Shown here piece by piece: positions 20,273-31,070 of a DNA stretch of 54,222 nt; the stretch's first letter is position 1; each line of letters opens with the position of its first letter. The DNA comes from Candidatus Bathyarchaeota archaeon. GTDB taxonomy: Archaea > Thermoproteota > Bathyarchaeia > Bathyarchaeales > Bathycorpusculaceae. The notes below the pieces were generated by a model that was not told the DNA's origin, ran no database searches, and saw only the letters and a program-made list of their open reading frames with translations. The stretch is taken from positions 1 to 54,222 of the forward strand of contig CAWGZR010000001.1 of assembly GCA_963827165.1 (NCBI GenBank), written 5' to 3'. A program made the translations under genes and the position numbers.

Positions 20273-20797
20273 ATGATAAAACACTTAAAAAACAACAAAA
20301 AAGCTGTATCACCGGTTATAGCAACGATCCTTATGATAATGGTTGTGATGGTAGGCATGAGCATTGCTTTTTCTTATGTTGTAGTCTATTCAGATAATTA
20401 TAAATCCGGAGCAGGCAGCTCTGTCTTAGAGTCCTTAACAATAGAGGACGTATGGGTTCAAGGCAACACGGTACAGGTCACAGTTTATAATGCTGCAACA
20501 ACAACCAATATGGGTTATAACGTTAACTTGCAGGTAACTGCGATTTACATAGATGGTGCGGCGCTCGTTAACATTGAGGGCGACAACAAAGTCCCGAACC
20601 CCAACCCTAATTATGATACCATTAAGTTCGATATGAATCCAAGCCAGCAATCAATGTATAATGGAGAAGTAAATGCTGGTTTGCATGTAACTTTCCAGGG
20701 TATGTATCCCTTAGGGGATTTGGCGGCTGGAACCCACGTGGTTAACGTTGCAACTGTGAGAGGTTCAAACTTCAAGTCATCGTTTACTACTGTGTAG
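20273..20797 (+). CDS. Minor type IV pilin
   Basis: KNNKKA|VSPVIATILMIMVVM; C-terminal VATVRGSNF. Confidence 0.85.
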   Translation: MIKHLKNNKKAVSPVIATILMIMVVMVGMSIAFSYVVVYSDNYKSGAGSSVLESLTIEDVWVQGNTVQVTVYNAATTTNMGYNVNLQVTAIYIDGAALVNIEGDNKVPNPNPNYDTIKFDMNPSQQSMYNGEVNAGLHVTFQGMYPLGDLAAGTHVVNVATVRGSNFKSSFTTV

Positions 20798-20809
20798 AGG
20801 AAATGCAAG

Positions 20810-21301
20810 ATGATGAAACTATTACAGAATCGCAAAGGCACTGCCGAAGTAATCGGAACCATCATGTTTATAGTTATAATGCTGTTCTTCTTCACGAACG
20901 TTTACTTGTGGCATGACGCAGCCACCAAAGATGCAAATCAACTCTATGTTGAAAAAGTGAATGCTGGGATGTCAATAAGCTTTGATGCGGTTAATAGCCA
21001 AGTATTTGTGAACGCAACATCGTCGGAGGTCACGCTGTCTCGGTTATGGATAGACACACCGGTTGATCACCTTTACGTTAACCTAACGTCAATTAACATC
21101 CAAGTTGCGCCTGGCGACACCAATGGTATTACAATCAAGTTTGGCGACAGCAATTCCGAACAGCTCGATCAATATGGAATTAATTACGTGACCTTCACTT
21201 ATGATCAACTCGATAGAGTTATAACTGTTAATTACTATCCTCTGCCCTCAGCCCCTATCTTTACAATTGTAAATTCTATGGGTGTGGCCGTCTCAACGTA
21301 A
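20810..21301 (+). CDS. Minor type IV pilin-like protein
   Basis: NRKG|TAEVIGTIMFIVIMLFFF class III signal. Confidence 0.75.
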   Translation: MMKLLQNRKGTAEVIGTIMFIVIMLFFFTNVYLWHDAATKDANQLYVEKVNAGMSISFDAVNSQVFVNATSSEVTLSRLWIDTPVDHLYVNLTSINIQVAPGDTNGITIKFGDSNSEQLDQYGINYVTFTYDQLDRVITVNYYPLPSAPIFTIVNSMGVAVST

Positions 21302-21397
21302 CGTGAAAAATCAAAAACAGCTTTCCGATTAATAATAGCGGCAGTACTCACGCCATATTCTTTATGATTTTGGACAAAAGAGATCCTCGGTTTGATT

Positions 21398-21859
21398 TTA
21401 ATTTGTCCAAGCTAAGTAGCTGGTGTATGTGGTCAAGGATGGTCCTGTGTACGGGAGTTGAACGTCGATTATTTGGTATATGCCAGCGTCGAGGGATGCA
21501 GCGATCGTTGTCGACATATTGAGCGGTGTCGCGTTTCCATTTTGCCCAGCGGTCACGTGGATTGCACAGTTTTTTGCAGTGGCGCTTCCAACATTAACTA
21601 TATAGCCCGTGATGTGCAAGAAAGGCGAGTTTGGGTCCGAGCGATTATCATTGTATTGTAAGCCTATGCTGACAAGTTTAGGTGCCGACAGTTGGCTTTG
21701 GAGGTCGCTTATCTGTTTATTCTTGTCTTGTAGCGTGCTGTTTTGCTTTGAATAGATGATTAATGAAGAGGTCAAACCGATTAACGCCACGATTGCAATC
21801 ACGGCAAGAACTATGATAAGTGAACTGTGTGAAGACTTTTTGTTTTCGCCCATGACCAA
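21398..21859 (-). CDS. Membrane-anchored protein (TM, short coiled coil, beta domain)
   Basis: N-terminal TM; LQDKNKQISDLQSQL; HITGYIVNVGSATA. Confidence 0.7.
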   Translation of the reverse strand: MVMGENKKSSHSSLIIVLAVIAIVALIGLTSSLIIYSKQNSTLQDKNKQISDLQSQLSAPKLVSIGLQYNDNRSDPNSPFLHITGYIVNVGSATAKNCAIHVTAGQNGNATPLNMSTTIAASLDAGIYQIIDVQLPYTGPSLTTYTSYLAWTN

Positions 21860-21933
21860 TTGCCCCTCTATACAATAGAATTTGGCGTTTGAAATAAAAC
21901 GTTTGTGGAGTCAGACTCATGTAGCAAAGAGAG

Positions 21934-23089
21934 TTATGTTGCCTTGGCCGAATTTAGTTCTCTGATTTTGATTTTTGTTGGCCGAGTAACATTCAAGCCA
22001 GCGATAACCCACTCGCCTACCTCCAAGACAGGCAACCCCACGTCTACTCGAAATGTCATATTGTTGAGGTAAGTTAAATCCTGCTGGTCAACGGTTTTCC
22101 CCATTATTAGCGTTTGCATTTGTGAGAGAATTTTTCCGCCTAGTAAGGTTGGGTGAGAAGAAATCAGAATTGCTCCAACCTCTTTGCAGGCAAGGACCTC
22201 TTGGAGAGCTTGAGGTGCAATATTATCCGCGTCTTCAACAATCACAAGGAATGGTTGAATGGTTTTTTCCTGCCTGCCTTTTATTAAAGCTCTCAACACA
22301 TTGCTAAAGTAATCGCATTTTTCGGCAACAAGCAGGCTTTCAGCATTTATAATTGTGACTTGATTCGGTTTGATTTTTCTTAGCTGCGACCTCGGGGCTA
22401 TTTTTTTGAGAATCAGCCGCCACAGTAACGGTTTCCGATACCTTTGAAGCTGTGGCTATTTTGGTGTACTCGTTGGCTGGATCGAGTACCACTAAGGGCT
22501 GGCTAACTTTGCCCATAAATTCCTCTATGATGACTGAGGCAGCATGAGTTTTTCCTACGCCATCAACACCGCAGATAAGAGTATGTTTGCATAAGAAGTC
22601 TGAGTTAAGGTAATAATGCAACGGCTGGTCATTTGTCTCTAGTGTTGCAGCGGCAATCTCCGTTTTTCCCAGAAAAAGTGGCTGACTGTAAGGTTTCCCA
22701 TCTGTTCCACGGTTGAATGCGTCCTGAAGGAATGTTGAGTATGGCATGTAGACGCGGCTTCCTGGGTTCGGTGGGATAAGCAGTTTCTGCAAGGGTTTGT
22801 TTTCACCTCTTAAATCTATGTATCCGATTATCTGGGTCGTCGCAAGCAATTTGCCAATACGGTCGCGGATGGTTGAGCCAGCAACTTCTTCGTAACTGGT
22901 TATTTCTGTGACTTCCCCTAAAATTTGGCAGACCTCGCCATATATGGGGTGATCCAAACAGATTATGTCTTGTTTCTGAATGCTTTCACGATTTTTTGGG
23001 GGGCTAATTAGAAAGGTAAACTTTGCTGTGTTTGTGTCGTTGGTTACTATTCCAAAATGTTCTTTTATCCGTGTGCTTGAAAGGTCCAA
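21934..23089 (-). CDS. Compact HerA/DUF87-like ATPase with HAS barrel; split by a +1 frameshift near 22381
   Basis: PPNPGSRVY, KHTLICGVDGVGKT, LVVLDPANEY; the shifted frame continues IKPNQVTIINAE...VIVEDAD into ORF 21934-22299. Confidence 0.75.
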
Positions 23090-23261
23090 ACGTCTTACCC
23101 CTGATTAGTTTATCTATATGATGGCTTTAGGAATTTTAATATATCGTAATACATTTCCGCCCGGGTGCCTTCGAAAGGTTCGCCTCTGATTTAAAACGAG
23201 GTTTGGCCTTCTCGATAGTATTAATTATGGACGTCAAAAAGATCTGTTGTTTTTGGGATTA

Positions 23262-23609
23262 TTAATTTGTGATAGCGTTATTATTTTGAAGGACATGTGT
23301 TAAGGGAAGAAATGTTTTGACATGATTTTTCGAAAAGCTATCATTGACCAACTTTATGAGTTGGCACTGCTTCTCCATGAATCCTATACCTTTCTCGGTG
23401 GCTAGGTAGATTCCTTTTCCGCCGTTTGCAGTTTTTTCAAGCAGACCTGTTTCTTCGAGAAGCCAAATGTACTCGTTAAGTTGGCTAAAACTAAGACTTG
23501 CCTTAAACATGATGTGCGTTTTTGAGCTTCCTTTTTTGGCGATTGCTAAAATCTCTGCCATAATTACGAGCTTGTCTCGCCTTTTGGGGGTATTCACTGT
23601 TATAGTCAT
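23262..23609 (-). CDS. Winged-helix regulator (archaeal HTH_45/DUF4364-like)
   Basis: KRRDKLVIMAEIL...KTHIMFKASLSFSQLNEY...YLATEKG. Confidence 0.85.
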   Translation of the reverse strand: MTITVNTPKRRDKLVIMAEILAIAKKGSSKTHIMFKASLSFSQLNEYIWLLEETGLLEKTANGGKGIYLATEKGIGFMEKQCQLIKLVNDSFSKNHVKTFLPLTHVLQNNNAITN

Positions 23610-23916
23610 TTTCCAAATCTCTTCCCGAATTTTGTTCTATATTTGTGCGCCAGGTTTCGCGTTATAAGTCGTGTTTGAGTCGTATTGGTATCGCGGATTG
23701 CATGGTATATGACCCCATGTATATTAGCTTGCCTCATATTCGCCCTGAAAACATAAACAGCCGCTTGGTTGCACAACCAACATGCTTGAAAAGCCAAAAA
23801 ACATCCCCTATTATTGTTCTATGCAGCCTTAAATACGCGGAATTCCAACTTAGAATCAAAGAAGGAGGAGCGCTAACCAGCGCATCCTACAAATACTTAG
23901 GGAGAGAAAGGTAAAA

Positions 23917-26900
23917 ATGAGAAAAATAACTAAATTAAGACGCTCAGTCAGAGCGATTTCACCAATAATTTCAACACTACTACTCATTGCTATAGCTGTA
24001 GTTGCTTCATTAGTGGCCTATGCCTGGGTTATGGGGTATATAGGCTTCAGCACTTCAAAAGCAGGCAACGCTCTAGTAATACAAAGCTATACCACAAGTG
24101 GTAACCTAGTTGTTTATGTCCAGAATACTGGTCAGAACATAGTGCATCTTAAGCACGATGGAAGCGTGTATGTCAATGGTAACCTTAAAAACATTCTTTT
24201 GGTAGATGGACAAGACGCTTCAAATGGGCAGCTTGATCCAATACCTGTCGATGTAGGTAAAACCGTTGCGTTAACCATTGATTTCCAGCCAACTTCTGGC
24301 GAACAACTAAACATCAAAGTTGTTACGGCTGAAGGAACCACAATACAGGGATCAACAACCGCTACTACTCAACCGGGAACTGCCCAAGTTTCTTTCGAAG
24401 TTAATCCGGCATCTTCTGGAACTACAACGCCTTCAGCAACGACGCCGTACACTTTGGGTTCTTCAATTCAAATAACTGCCAATGCTGCCTCAGGCAATGT
24501 GTTTTCTTATTGGAGTTCTGATTCTACAATCACGATAAGCAATGATCAATCAGCCGTAACTGTAGCAACAATTAATGGGGACGGAACTATCACAGGGAAC
24601 TTTGTGTCGTCAAGCAGTCCTATGCTGCATATCACCAGTGGTGGTAGCCAAACCGTTCTGCTAGGCCAGATTTCAGGAGCCATCATAATTCAACGCCTAC
24701 AAGATTCAACTGGCTCAATTGCCGTGAACTTAGGCACATCATCCAAAACAGGAATTTTCTATCAAGATCAAAGCCCCACAACTCCGATTACATCAATACC
24801 CATAGCCTCTCAAGGTGGCAGCGCTACTGTTTACTATAAAGACTCAACTGTGGGCGCATCGCAGCTTACCTTTTCCTACACAGGTTATTCCCCTGCGATC
24901 ACAACATTTACAATTCAAACGGTACAGACTCCTGTTCTTACAACCTTAACAATCAGCCCTGGAACTGCATCTGTTTCTGCTGGTAGTTCTCAGGCATTTA
25001 CGGCTCAGGGATTTGACCAGAATGGCAAAAGCATGGGCGACTTCACAGCTTCAACGACTTTTAGCGCTTCCGGCGCCTCTGTGACTGGAGCTTCGGTGTC
25101 ATCAACCACTGTTGGTTCCTACACTGTTACAGGAAAATGCAGCGGAGTTACCTCGAATTCGGCCACTCTAACCGTGACTGCTGGTTCCGCCAAAACCTTA
25201 ACGATTAGTCCTTCTACGGCATCCATAACCGCCGGAGGATCTCAACCATTCACTGCATCAGCGCAAGACCAGTATGGCAACATTTTAGGAGACGTAACTT
25301 CAGCTACCACATTCAGCGCAAGTCCCAGTGGAGGTACAGTTGCTCAGAATTATGTCTCTGAGACTGCCGTTGGCTCATACACTGTTACTGGAACCGATGG
25401 TGCAGCGACATCAACAGCTACATTGCAAGTTAATGCTGGTTCTACGGTTTTCAGTGTATCAGGCTTTACAAGTCCCATAACTGCAGGCACCCCTAGCTCA
25501 TTAACAGTAACAACACAAGATCAATATGGCAACAAGATAACGGGCTACACGGGAACGGTGCACTTTACTTCAAGCGACTCTCAAGCCATGCTTCCAGCAG
25601 ATTACACATTCACGAGCGCAGATGCTGGCACTCACACTTTCAGCGGCGCCACTTTAAAAACCGCTGGAGCACAGTTAATTACGGCAACTGATACAGCGGA
25701 CTCTTCGATTACTGGCTCCCAAACAGGCATTACAGTTAATGCGGTTGCTACAGTGACACAATTTACTTTCAGCACCATTGGCACTCAAACTGCCGGCATA
25801 CCATTCGCTGTGACAATTACTGCTGCCGATATTTACGGAAACGCAGTTCCAAGCTATTCTGGTACAGCAACACTGAGTGACCTATCAGGATCGCTAAACC
25901 CGACTACAGCCACATTTGCTGCCGGTCTCTGCTTAAATCAACAACTTACAATCACAAAAACGATTCCTGGACAAGACGCCCTCACTGCGCAAGACAGTAG
26001 CTCAAACCTTGTTGGCACAAGCCTTCCCTTCACAGTTAACGCTGGTTCTGCTTTGAGCTTTGTTGTTTCTGGGTTTGCAAATCCTGTTGCTGCTGGTACT
26101 GCTGGTTCTGTTACGGTTACGGCGGAAGATGGTTATGGAAACGTCGTGACTGGTTATGCTGGTACGGTTGCGATTACTTCAAGTGATGCTCAAGCGGTTT
26201 TGCCTGCGAATGCTGGTCTAACTAATGGTGTTGGTTCCTTCAGTGTTACTTTGAAAACTGCTGGTACACAATCGATTACCGCTACTGATACAGTGACAAG
26301 TTCAATTGCTGGTTCTCAGACAGGTATAGCCGTTACTGGCGGTTCTGCTTTGAGCTTTGTTGTTTCTGGGTTTGCAAATCCTGTTGCTGCTGGTACTGCT
26401 GGTTCTGTTACGGTTACGGCGGAAGATGGTTATGGAAACGTCGTGACTGGTTATGCTGGTACGGTTGCGATTACTTCAAGTGATGCTCAAGCGGTTTTGC
26501 CTGCGAATGCTGGTCTAACTAATGGTGTTGGTTCCTTCAGTGTTACTTTGAAAACTGCTGGTACACAATCGATTACCGCTACTGATACAGTGACAAGTTC
26601 AATTGCTGGTTCTCAGACAGGTATAGCCGTTACTGGCGGTAGCTTAGCGAGCTTTGCTTTTGGTACAATCTCTTCTCCCCAGACTGCCGGTACAGCCTTC
26701 TCAATTACCATTACTGCTTATGATGCATACGGCAACGTTGCAACCAATTATGCTAACCAGGCTACTCTGATTGATTCTTCCGGGTCAATTAGCCCAACGG
26801 GAACAAGTGCATTTATCAATGGTGTCTGCACTGTCCCAGTGACTATCACGAAGACTTATACAAATGACATTATCACTGTGAGCGATCCTTCAGGCGTTAC

Positions 26901-29373
26901 TGCGAAGAGTGGACAGTTCACCGTTAGTCCTGGTGCTCTGGCAAGCTTTACTATTAGCCCTATTAGCAACCCGCAGAAAGATACAACATCTTTCAGCATT
27001 ACGGTAACCGCTTATGATTCATCTGGCAATGTCAAGACCGACTTCGCTGGTCCAGCTGTCCTGAGTGATCTTTCAGGATCACTTAGCCCATTAAATACTG
27101 GCACTTTTGGCGCTGGTGTTTGGACAGGTTCGGTAAAGATCTCGGCGACTTACACAAATGATATCCTCACCGTGAAAGATTCAGTTTCAGGCATCACCGC
27201 GAACAGCAATACCTTCAATGTAGTCGTTGGCACCGTCGATCACTTTGTGTTTACTACTATTGGCAGTCCGCAAACTGCCGGCACAGCTTTCACCGTAACT
27301 ATCACAGCTGAAGACTCAAGTGGTACTATTGTTACGACCTACGCTGGTTCCGCTTCATTCACTGACCTTTCCGGCTCAATCAGTCTGAAAAGCACAGGTG
27401 TGTTCACAAATGGTGTCTTGCAAGCATCAGTAGCTATCTCTAAGGCATACACAAGCGACACTGTGACAGCGAGTGATGCAAGTACAGGCGCCACAGGAAC
27501 GAGCAACACATTCAATGTGGTTGCAGCTCCGGCAACACAACTTGTTTACACTGCAGGAACATCGCAATCAATAACATCCAGTACTGTTTCCTCAGTGATT
27601 ACAGTTCAGTTGGAAGATGCAAATGGGAACCCAGTCGCTGCCGGAACGAACGGCGTTCCTGTAGGCTTAACCACTACGGATACAACAACAGGAACTTTCT
27701 GGAGCGGCACTACAAAGATCACATCGATTACGATTGCAAGCGGATCGCCCTCTGCAAGTTTCTACTACAGTGACACAGCCTCGGGATCACCAGTTCTTAC
27801 AGCCGCTTCCACACCTCTGACACCAGCAATCACAACATTCACAATAAGCGCAGACAAACTCGTTTTCAGCGAAGGCGCAACACAAACGTTGGCTCCTGGC
27901 CAAACTTCAACAGCCATCCAAATAGAGCAGGAAACCCCAACTGGAGGTGCAGATTACAACATACTAAGTACTACAACGATCACGTTGACAACAAGTTCGC
28001 CCACAGGAGAATTTTCCACCACCCTAGGAGGCACCTTGTCTCACAGCATAACAGTCAGTGTCGGAATATTGTCTGATACATCTGGCAATTTCTACTACGT
28101 CGATTCAGCGGCAGGAACCGCAATGCTCACAGCCTCCGCAGGAGGATTTAATCCGGGAACCACAACATTTACCATTTACACAGCCACCCTCAGCAAATTC
28201 ACAATAACTGCCACTATTTACACCGTCGCAACAGGAGCACCCTTCAGCATAACAATCACCGCTTTAGATCAACAAAGCAATATCATGACAAGCTATACAG
28301 GCACAAACACACTTTCCGCCTCCACTGGATCGATCAGCCCAACAAGCACTGGAGCATTTACAAACGGCGTCTGGACGGGTTCGGTATCGCTTAATACGGC
28401 AGGCAGCATCACTATATCGACATCTGGCGGCGGCGCAACGGGACAAAGCAGTACATTCACAGTTTACACGCCAACCCTCAACCACTTCACAGTTACAGCT
28501 TCTGGCGGCGGCAACATTGGCACTCAGACAGCAGGCACAACTTTCAGCATAACGATATCAGCTCTTGATCAGGACGGCAATACCTACACGGGCTACACAG
28601 GCACAAACGCCCTGACTGTATCCTCGGGAACGATCGCCCCAACAACTACAGGTGCGTTTGTAGCAGGCGTCTGGACAGGTTCAGTGACACTTACTAAAGC
28701 AGGCACAGGCATCTCAATATCGACATCTGGCAGCGGAGCAACAGGTATAAGCAACACATTCACAGTCAATGCTGGTACACTTCACCAATTCTCATTCAGC
28801 ACAATTGGCGCTACTCAGACAGCCGGAACAACCTTCAGCGTAACCATCACGGCTCAAGATCAATATGGTAACACAGTCACAAGTTATGGCAGTTCAACGA
28901 CTCTGACTGAAACAAACGGCGGCGCAGGCGGAACGGTCAGTCCATCACCAGTGACCTTCACTAACGGCGTATATACTCACACGGTTTACGTCACCAAGTC
29001 AGGGTCAGGTGTCACCATCACCGCGACATATAATGGAGTAAGCAGTGCAAGCAACACATTCACCGTTAACGCAGGGACCCTCGACCACTTTGCCTTCAAC
29101 ACGATTGCTACTCAAGCTTCTGGTACTGCCTTTTCAGTCACAATAACCGCATATGATGCATACGGAAACGTAGCAAGCTATTCAGGAACTCAAACCTTGG
29201 TATTGCACAATAGTTCTGGAAGTGGAACTCCAACTCTATCTCTGACAAGCGTAACTTTCACAAATGGCGTTGCGACATTTTCAGAAACCATAACATGCAC
29301 TGGCACTCACACTGTCTATCTGTATATTAATGGCTACCAAGCGAATGACAATAGCAATACATTTACAGTTTGA
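23917..29373 (+). CDS. Giant (1818 aa) type IV pilin-adhesin with many Ig-like repeats
   Basis: RRSVRA|ISPIISTLLLIAIAVVASLVAYAWVMGYIGF, a pilin domain, then repeated QTAG..F.VTITA.D.YGN...Y.G units; no C-terminal TM. Confidence 0.9.
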   Translation: MRKITKLRRSVRAISPIISTLLLIAIAVVASLVAYAWVMGYIGFSTSKAGNALVIQSYTTSGNLVVYVQNTGQNIVHLKHDGSVYVNGNLKNILLVDGQDASNGQLDPIPVDVGKTVALTIDFQPTSGEQLNIKVVTAEGTTIQGSTTATTQPGTAQVSFEVNPASSGTTTPSATTPYTLGSSIQITANAASGNVFSYWSSDSTITISNDQSAVTVATINGDGTITGNFVSSSSPMLHITSGGSQTVLLGQISGAIIIQRLQDSTGSIAVNLGTSSKTGIFYQDQSPTTPITSIPIASQGGSATVYYKDSTVGASQLTFSYTGYSPAITTFTIQTVQTPVLTTLTISPGTASVSAGSSQAFTAQGFDQNGKSMGDFTASTTFSASGASVTGASVSSTTVGSYTVTGKCSGVTSNSATLTVTAGSAKTLTISPSTASITAGGSQPFTASAQDQYGNILGDVTSATTFSASPSGGTVAQNYVSETAVGSYTVTGTDGAATSTATLQVNAGSTVFSVSGFTSPITAGTPSSLTVTTQDQYGNKITGYTGTVHFTSSDSQAMLPADYTFTSADAGTHTFSGATLKTAGAQLITATDTADSSITGSQTGITVNAVATVTQFTFSTIGTQTAGIPFAVTITAADIYGNAVPSYSGTATLSDLSGSLNPTTATFAAGLCLNQQLTITKTIPGQDALTAQDSSSNLVGTSLPFTVNAGSALSFVVSGFANPVAAGTAGSVTVTAEDGYGNVVTGYAGTVAITSSDAQAVLPANAGLTNGVGSFSVTLKTAGTQSITATDTVTSSIAGSQTGIAVTGGSALSFVVSGFANPVAAGTAGSVTVTAEDGYGNVVTGYAGTVAITSSDAQAVLPANAGLTNGVGSFSVTLKTAGTQSITATDTVTSSIAGSQTGIAVTGGSLASFAFGTISSPQTAGTAFSITITAYDAYGNVATNYANQATLIDSSGSISPTGTSAFINGVCTVPVTITKTYTNDIITVSDPSGVTAKSGQFTVSPGALASFTISPISNPQKDTTSFSITVTAYDSSGNVKTDFAGPAVLSDLSGSLSPLNTGTFGAGVWTGSVKISATYTNDILTVKDSVSGITANSNTFNVVVGTVDHFVFTTIGSPQTAGTAFTVTITAEDSSGTIVTTYAGSASFTDLSGSISLKSTGVFTNGVLQASVAISKAYTSDTVTASDASTGATGTSNTFNVVAAPATQLVYTAGTSQSITSSTVSSVITVQLEDANGNPVAAGTNGVPVGLTTTDTTTGTFWSGTTKITSITIASGSPSASFYYSDTASGSPVLTAASTPLTPAITTFTISADKLVFSEGATQTLAPGQTSTAIQIEQETPTGGADYNILSTTTITLTTSSPTGEFSTTLGGTLSHSITVSVGILSDTSGNFYYVDSAAGTAMLTASAGGFNPGTTTFTIYTATLSKFTITATIYTVATGAPFSITITALDQQSNIMTSYTGTNTLSASTGSISPTSTGAFTNGVWTGSVSLNTAGSITISTSGGGATGQSSTFTVYTPTLNHFTVTASGGGNIGTQTAGTTFSITISALDQDGNTYTGYTGTNALTVSSGTIAPTTTGAFVAGVWTGSVTLTKAGTGISISTSGSGATGISNTFTVNAGTLHQFSFSTIGATQTAGTTFSVTITAQDQYGNTVTSYGSSTTLTETNGGAGGTVSPSPVTFTNGVYTHTVYVTKSGSGVTITATYNGVSSASNTFTVNAGTLDHFAFNTIATQASGTAFSVTITAYDAYGNVASYSGTQTLVLHNSSGSGTPTLSLTSVTFTNGVATFSETITCTGTHTVYLYINGYQANDNSNTFTV
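26044..26637 (+). repeat. Tandem duplication 2 x 297 bp (99-aa Ig-like domain), identical by eye
   Basis: 26044-26340 and 26341-26637 both run GGTTCTGCTTTGAGC...GCCGTTACTGGC. Confidence 0.95.
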
Positions 29374-30227
29374 TCAATTGCAGGCAACCACCATCTCTAA
29401 TTTTCCTTATTTTTTGTTTTTTTCTTATAATAAACAATTGACATAGTTTATTTTCTCATCAAATTACAGAATTTCTTCTTAGGCGCTGCTTCGAAGTACA
29501 ATAAAACAAGAGCACCAAATCACCATCAAAAGACTCCGATCTGTTTTATTTCTTGAACTTCAAATTAACTAATGTGCAGCCTGGAATCTTAATCACATTG
29601 GCCAAGTTATTCAGAAAACTAACTAACATGATTCTGAGTCGTAGTTATCAACCTGAAGCTCATCCACCTTTGCATTGGGCAAGTTAAAATTGAGAGCGAC
29701 CGCATTTACTCTGTTTCTTTAGAGTTAGAGAAGCGAGAGGATCTGGAGTTATGCCGGTCTTTCTGCCTCCCGTGGATGCTCTGGAAAAACCGTTAGATAA
29801 TGCGAAATAACGGAACAGATACGCGGCTTTTTCTTAATTTGGGAAAATAAATGATGGAAATGAAGTGTGAAAAAAGACAATCGAAAGAATAAATCCTCGG
29901 CTCAAGAACCACATCTAACTCTGCAACCCAACACACTCTCGCTAAAGATAGTCATAATGATTAAATTGGATTGTCGAATTAATTGATTAATGAGCATACT
30001 TTTTCTAGTCTCCCGAATAGAAAAAAAATGGTCTTTTGGAAAATAAATTTCCATGTTATCAACTTTATGAAGTTTGACTTCTAACCAAAAATCGTCGTTG
30101 ACATACGTAAGAGTTGGTCAATATGAGGCTGCTACCGAACGCTAATAATAACGACAGTACATAACTTACCAAGACAAAAATAACAGCCATGTGAAACGAA
30201 AATAAAAGATGGAGCGAGGGGGGGGGG

Positions 30228-31070
30228 TCACTGTATTTCGATGGTTAAGTTTCCGCTGGTGAAGTTTGCTCCGTTACCGCCATTGCTTGTTTGAATTTGT
30301 GCAAGAGTTTCAAATACGTTGTTGAACGAGTAACTTCCTGAGTAGTTTAATGAGTAATATTGACCTGTACCGCTGCCTATGAACTCTATGTATGTGCTTG
30401 TAACAACGACAGTTGCAGAACCGCCAACAGTGTTTAGGTGACCTTGTGGTCCATTTCCTCCTCCGGTATTGACCCAGTAGTAGAAGAAAGTGCTGTTCAC
30501 AAAGTTTACGTTCCAAATCCACTGGTTGGAATTCGCGTCGTTCAATGAACTTTCAGCCATTATGCCGAGTTGATCTGGTTGAGTTCCGACAGACATGGTG
30601 TCTTTGAGTGTAACTGTATAGCTGCTTGAAACGGTTTGATTCCAGTAATCAATCTCGTTTCCCGTCATCATTGTTGTGTAGTCCACTGTGTGTGTTTTGC
30701 CTGACGGTGTTGAAGTTGGCGTTGGGTTTGGACTTGGACTAGCGGTTGGTTTTGGTGTGGGCGATGGGCTTGCCGTGGGCTGAACGGTTGGTGCTTGTGT
30801 AGGTTGGGTCGTTGGCGCCGCTGTTGGGGATGTGGTGTGTGTTGGTGAGGTTGTAGGTGTTGTTATTGGAACCGCTGTTGGGCTAGTCTTGGAAGTTGGT
30901 GACGGGGAAGAGCCACTTGATGTAGGCGAGGCCGTTGGTGATGCTTGAGGTTGAGTCGCGGTTTTGGGTTTGGACTGCAATGTTATTGCGGCCATTACTG
31001 CAACAATTAACACGATAATTACGGCTATTACAATAATTACTCTTGCCACGCCCGAGTTAGAACGATGCAT
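30228..31070 (-). CDS. Secreted or membrane-anchored protein with long S/T/P linker
   Basis: MHRSNSG|VARVIIVIAVIIVLIVAV; PT-rich linker; beta-rich C-terminal domain. Confidence 0.75.
   Translation of the reverse strand: MHRSNSGVARVIIVIAVIIVLIVAVMAAITLQSKPKTATQPQASPTASPTSSGSSPSPTSKTSPTAVPITTPTTSPTHTTSPTAAPTTQPTQAPTVQPTASPSPTPKPTASPSPNPTPTSTPSGKTHTVDYTTMMTGNEIDYWNQTVSSSYTVTLKDTMSVGTQPDQLGIMAESSLNDANSNQWIWNVNFVNSTFFYYWVNTGGGNGPQGHLNTVGGSATVVVTSTYIEFIGSGTGQYYSLNYSGSYSFNNVFETLAQIQTSNGGNGANFTSGNLTIEIQ

Noticed and set aside
16362-21301. Archaellum operon
   Set aside because: No archaellin-type N-terminus or arlF/arlG; two separate TadB/C-like genes fit an adhesive type IV pilus
16392-24050. Recent gene conversion between the two pilin N-termini
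   Set aside because: Protein identity is accompanied by many synonymous differences
23917-29373. Diversity-generating retroelement TR/VR pair among the adhesin repeats
   Set aside because: No reverse transcriptase; repeats are either identical or differ at all base types rather than adenines only
29400-30200. 800-bp gap after the giant pilin, possibly a decayed gene
   Set aside because: Only short stop-interrupted frames with no recognisable family
30209-30230. TGGAGCGAG followed by a G run, resembling a reversed tRNA 3' end
   Set aside because: Mostly homopolymer with no T loop or conserved arm; directly follows a stop codon and may be terminator-related
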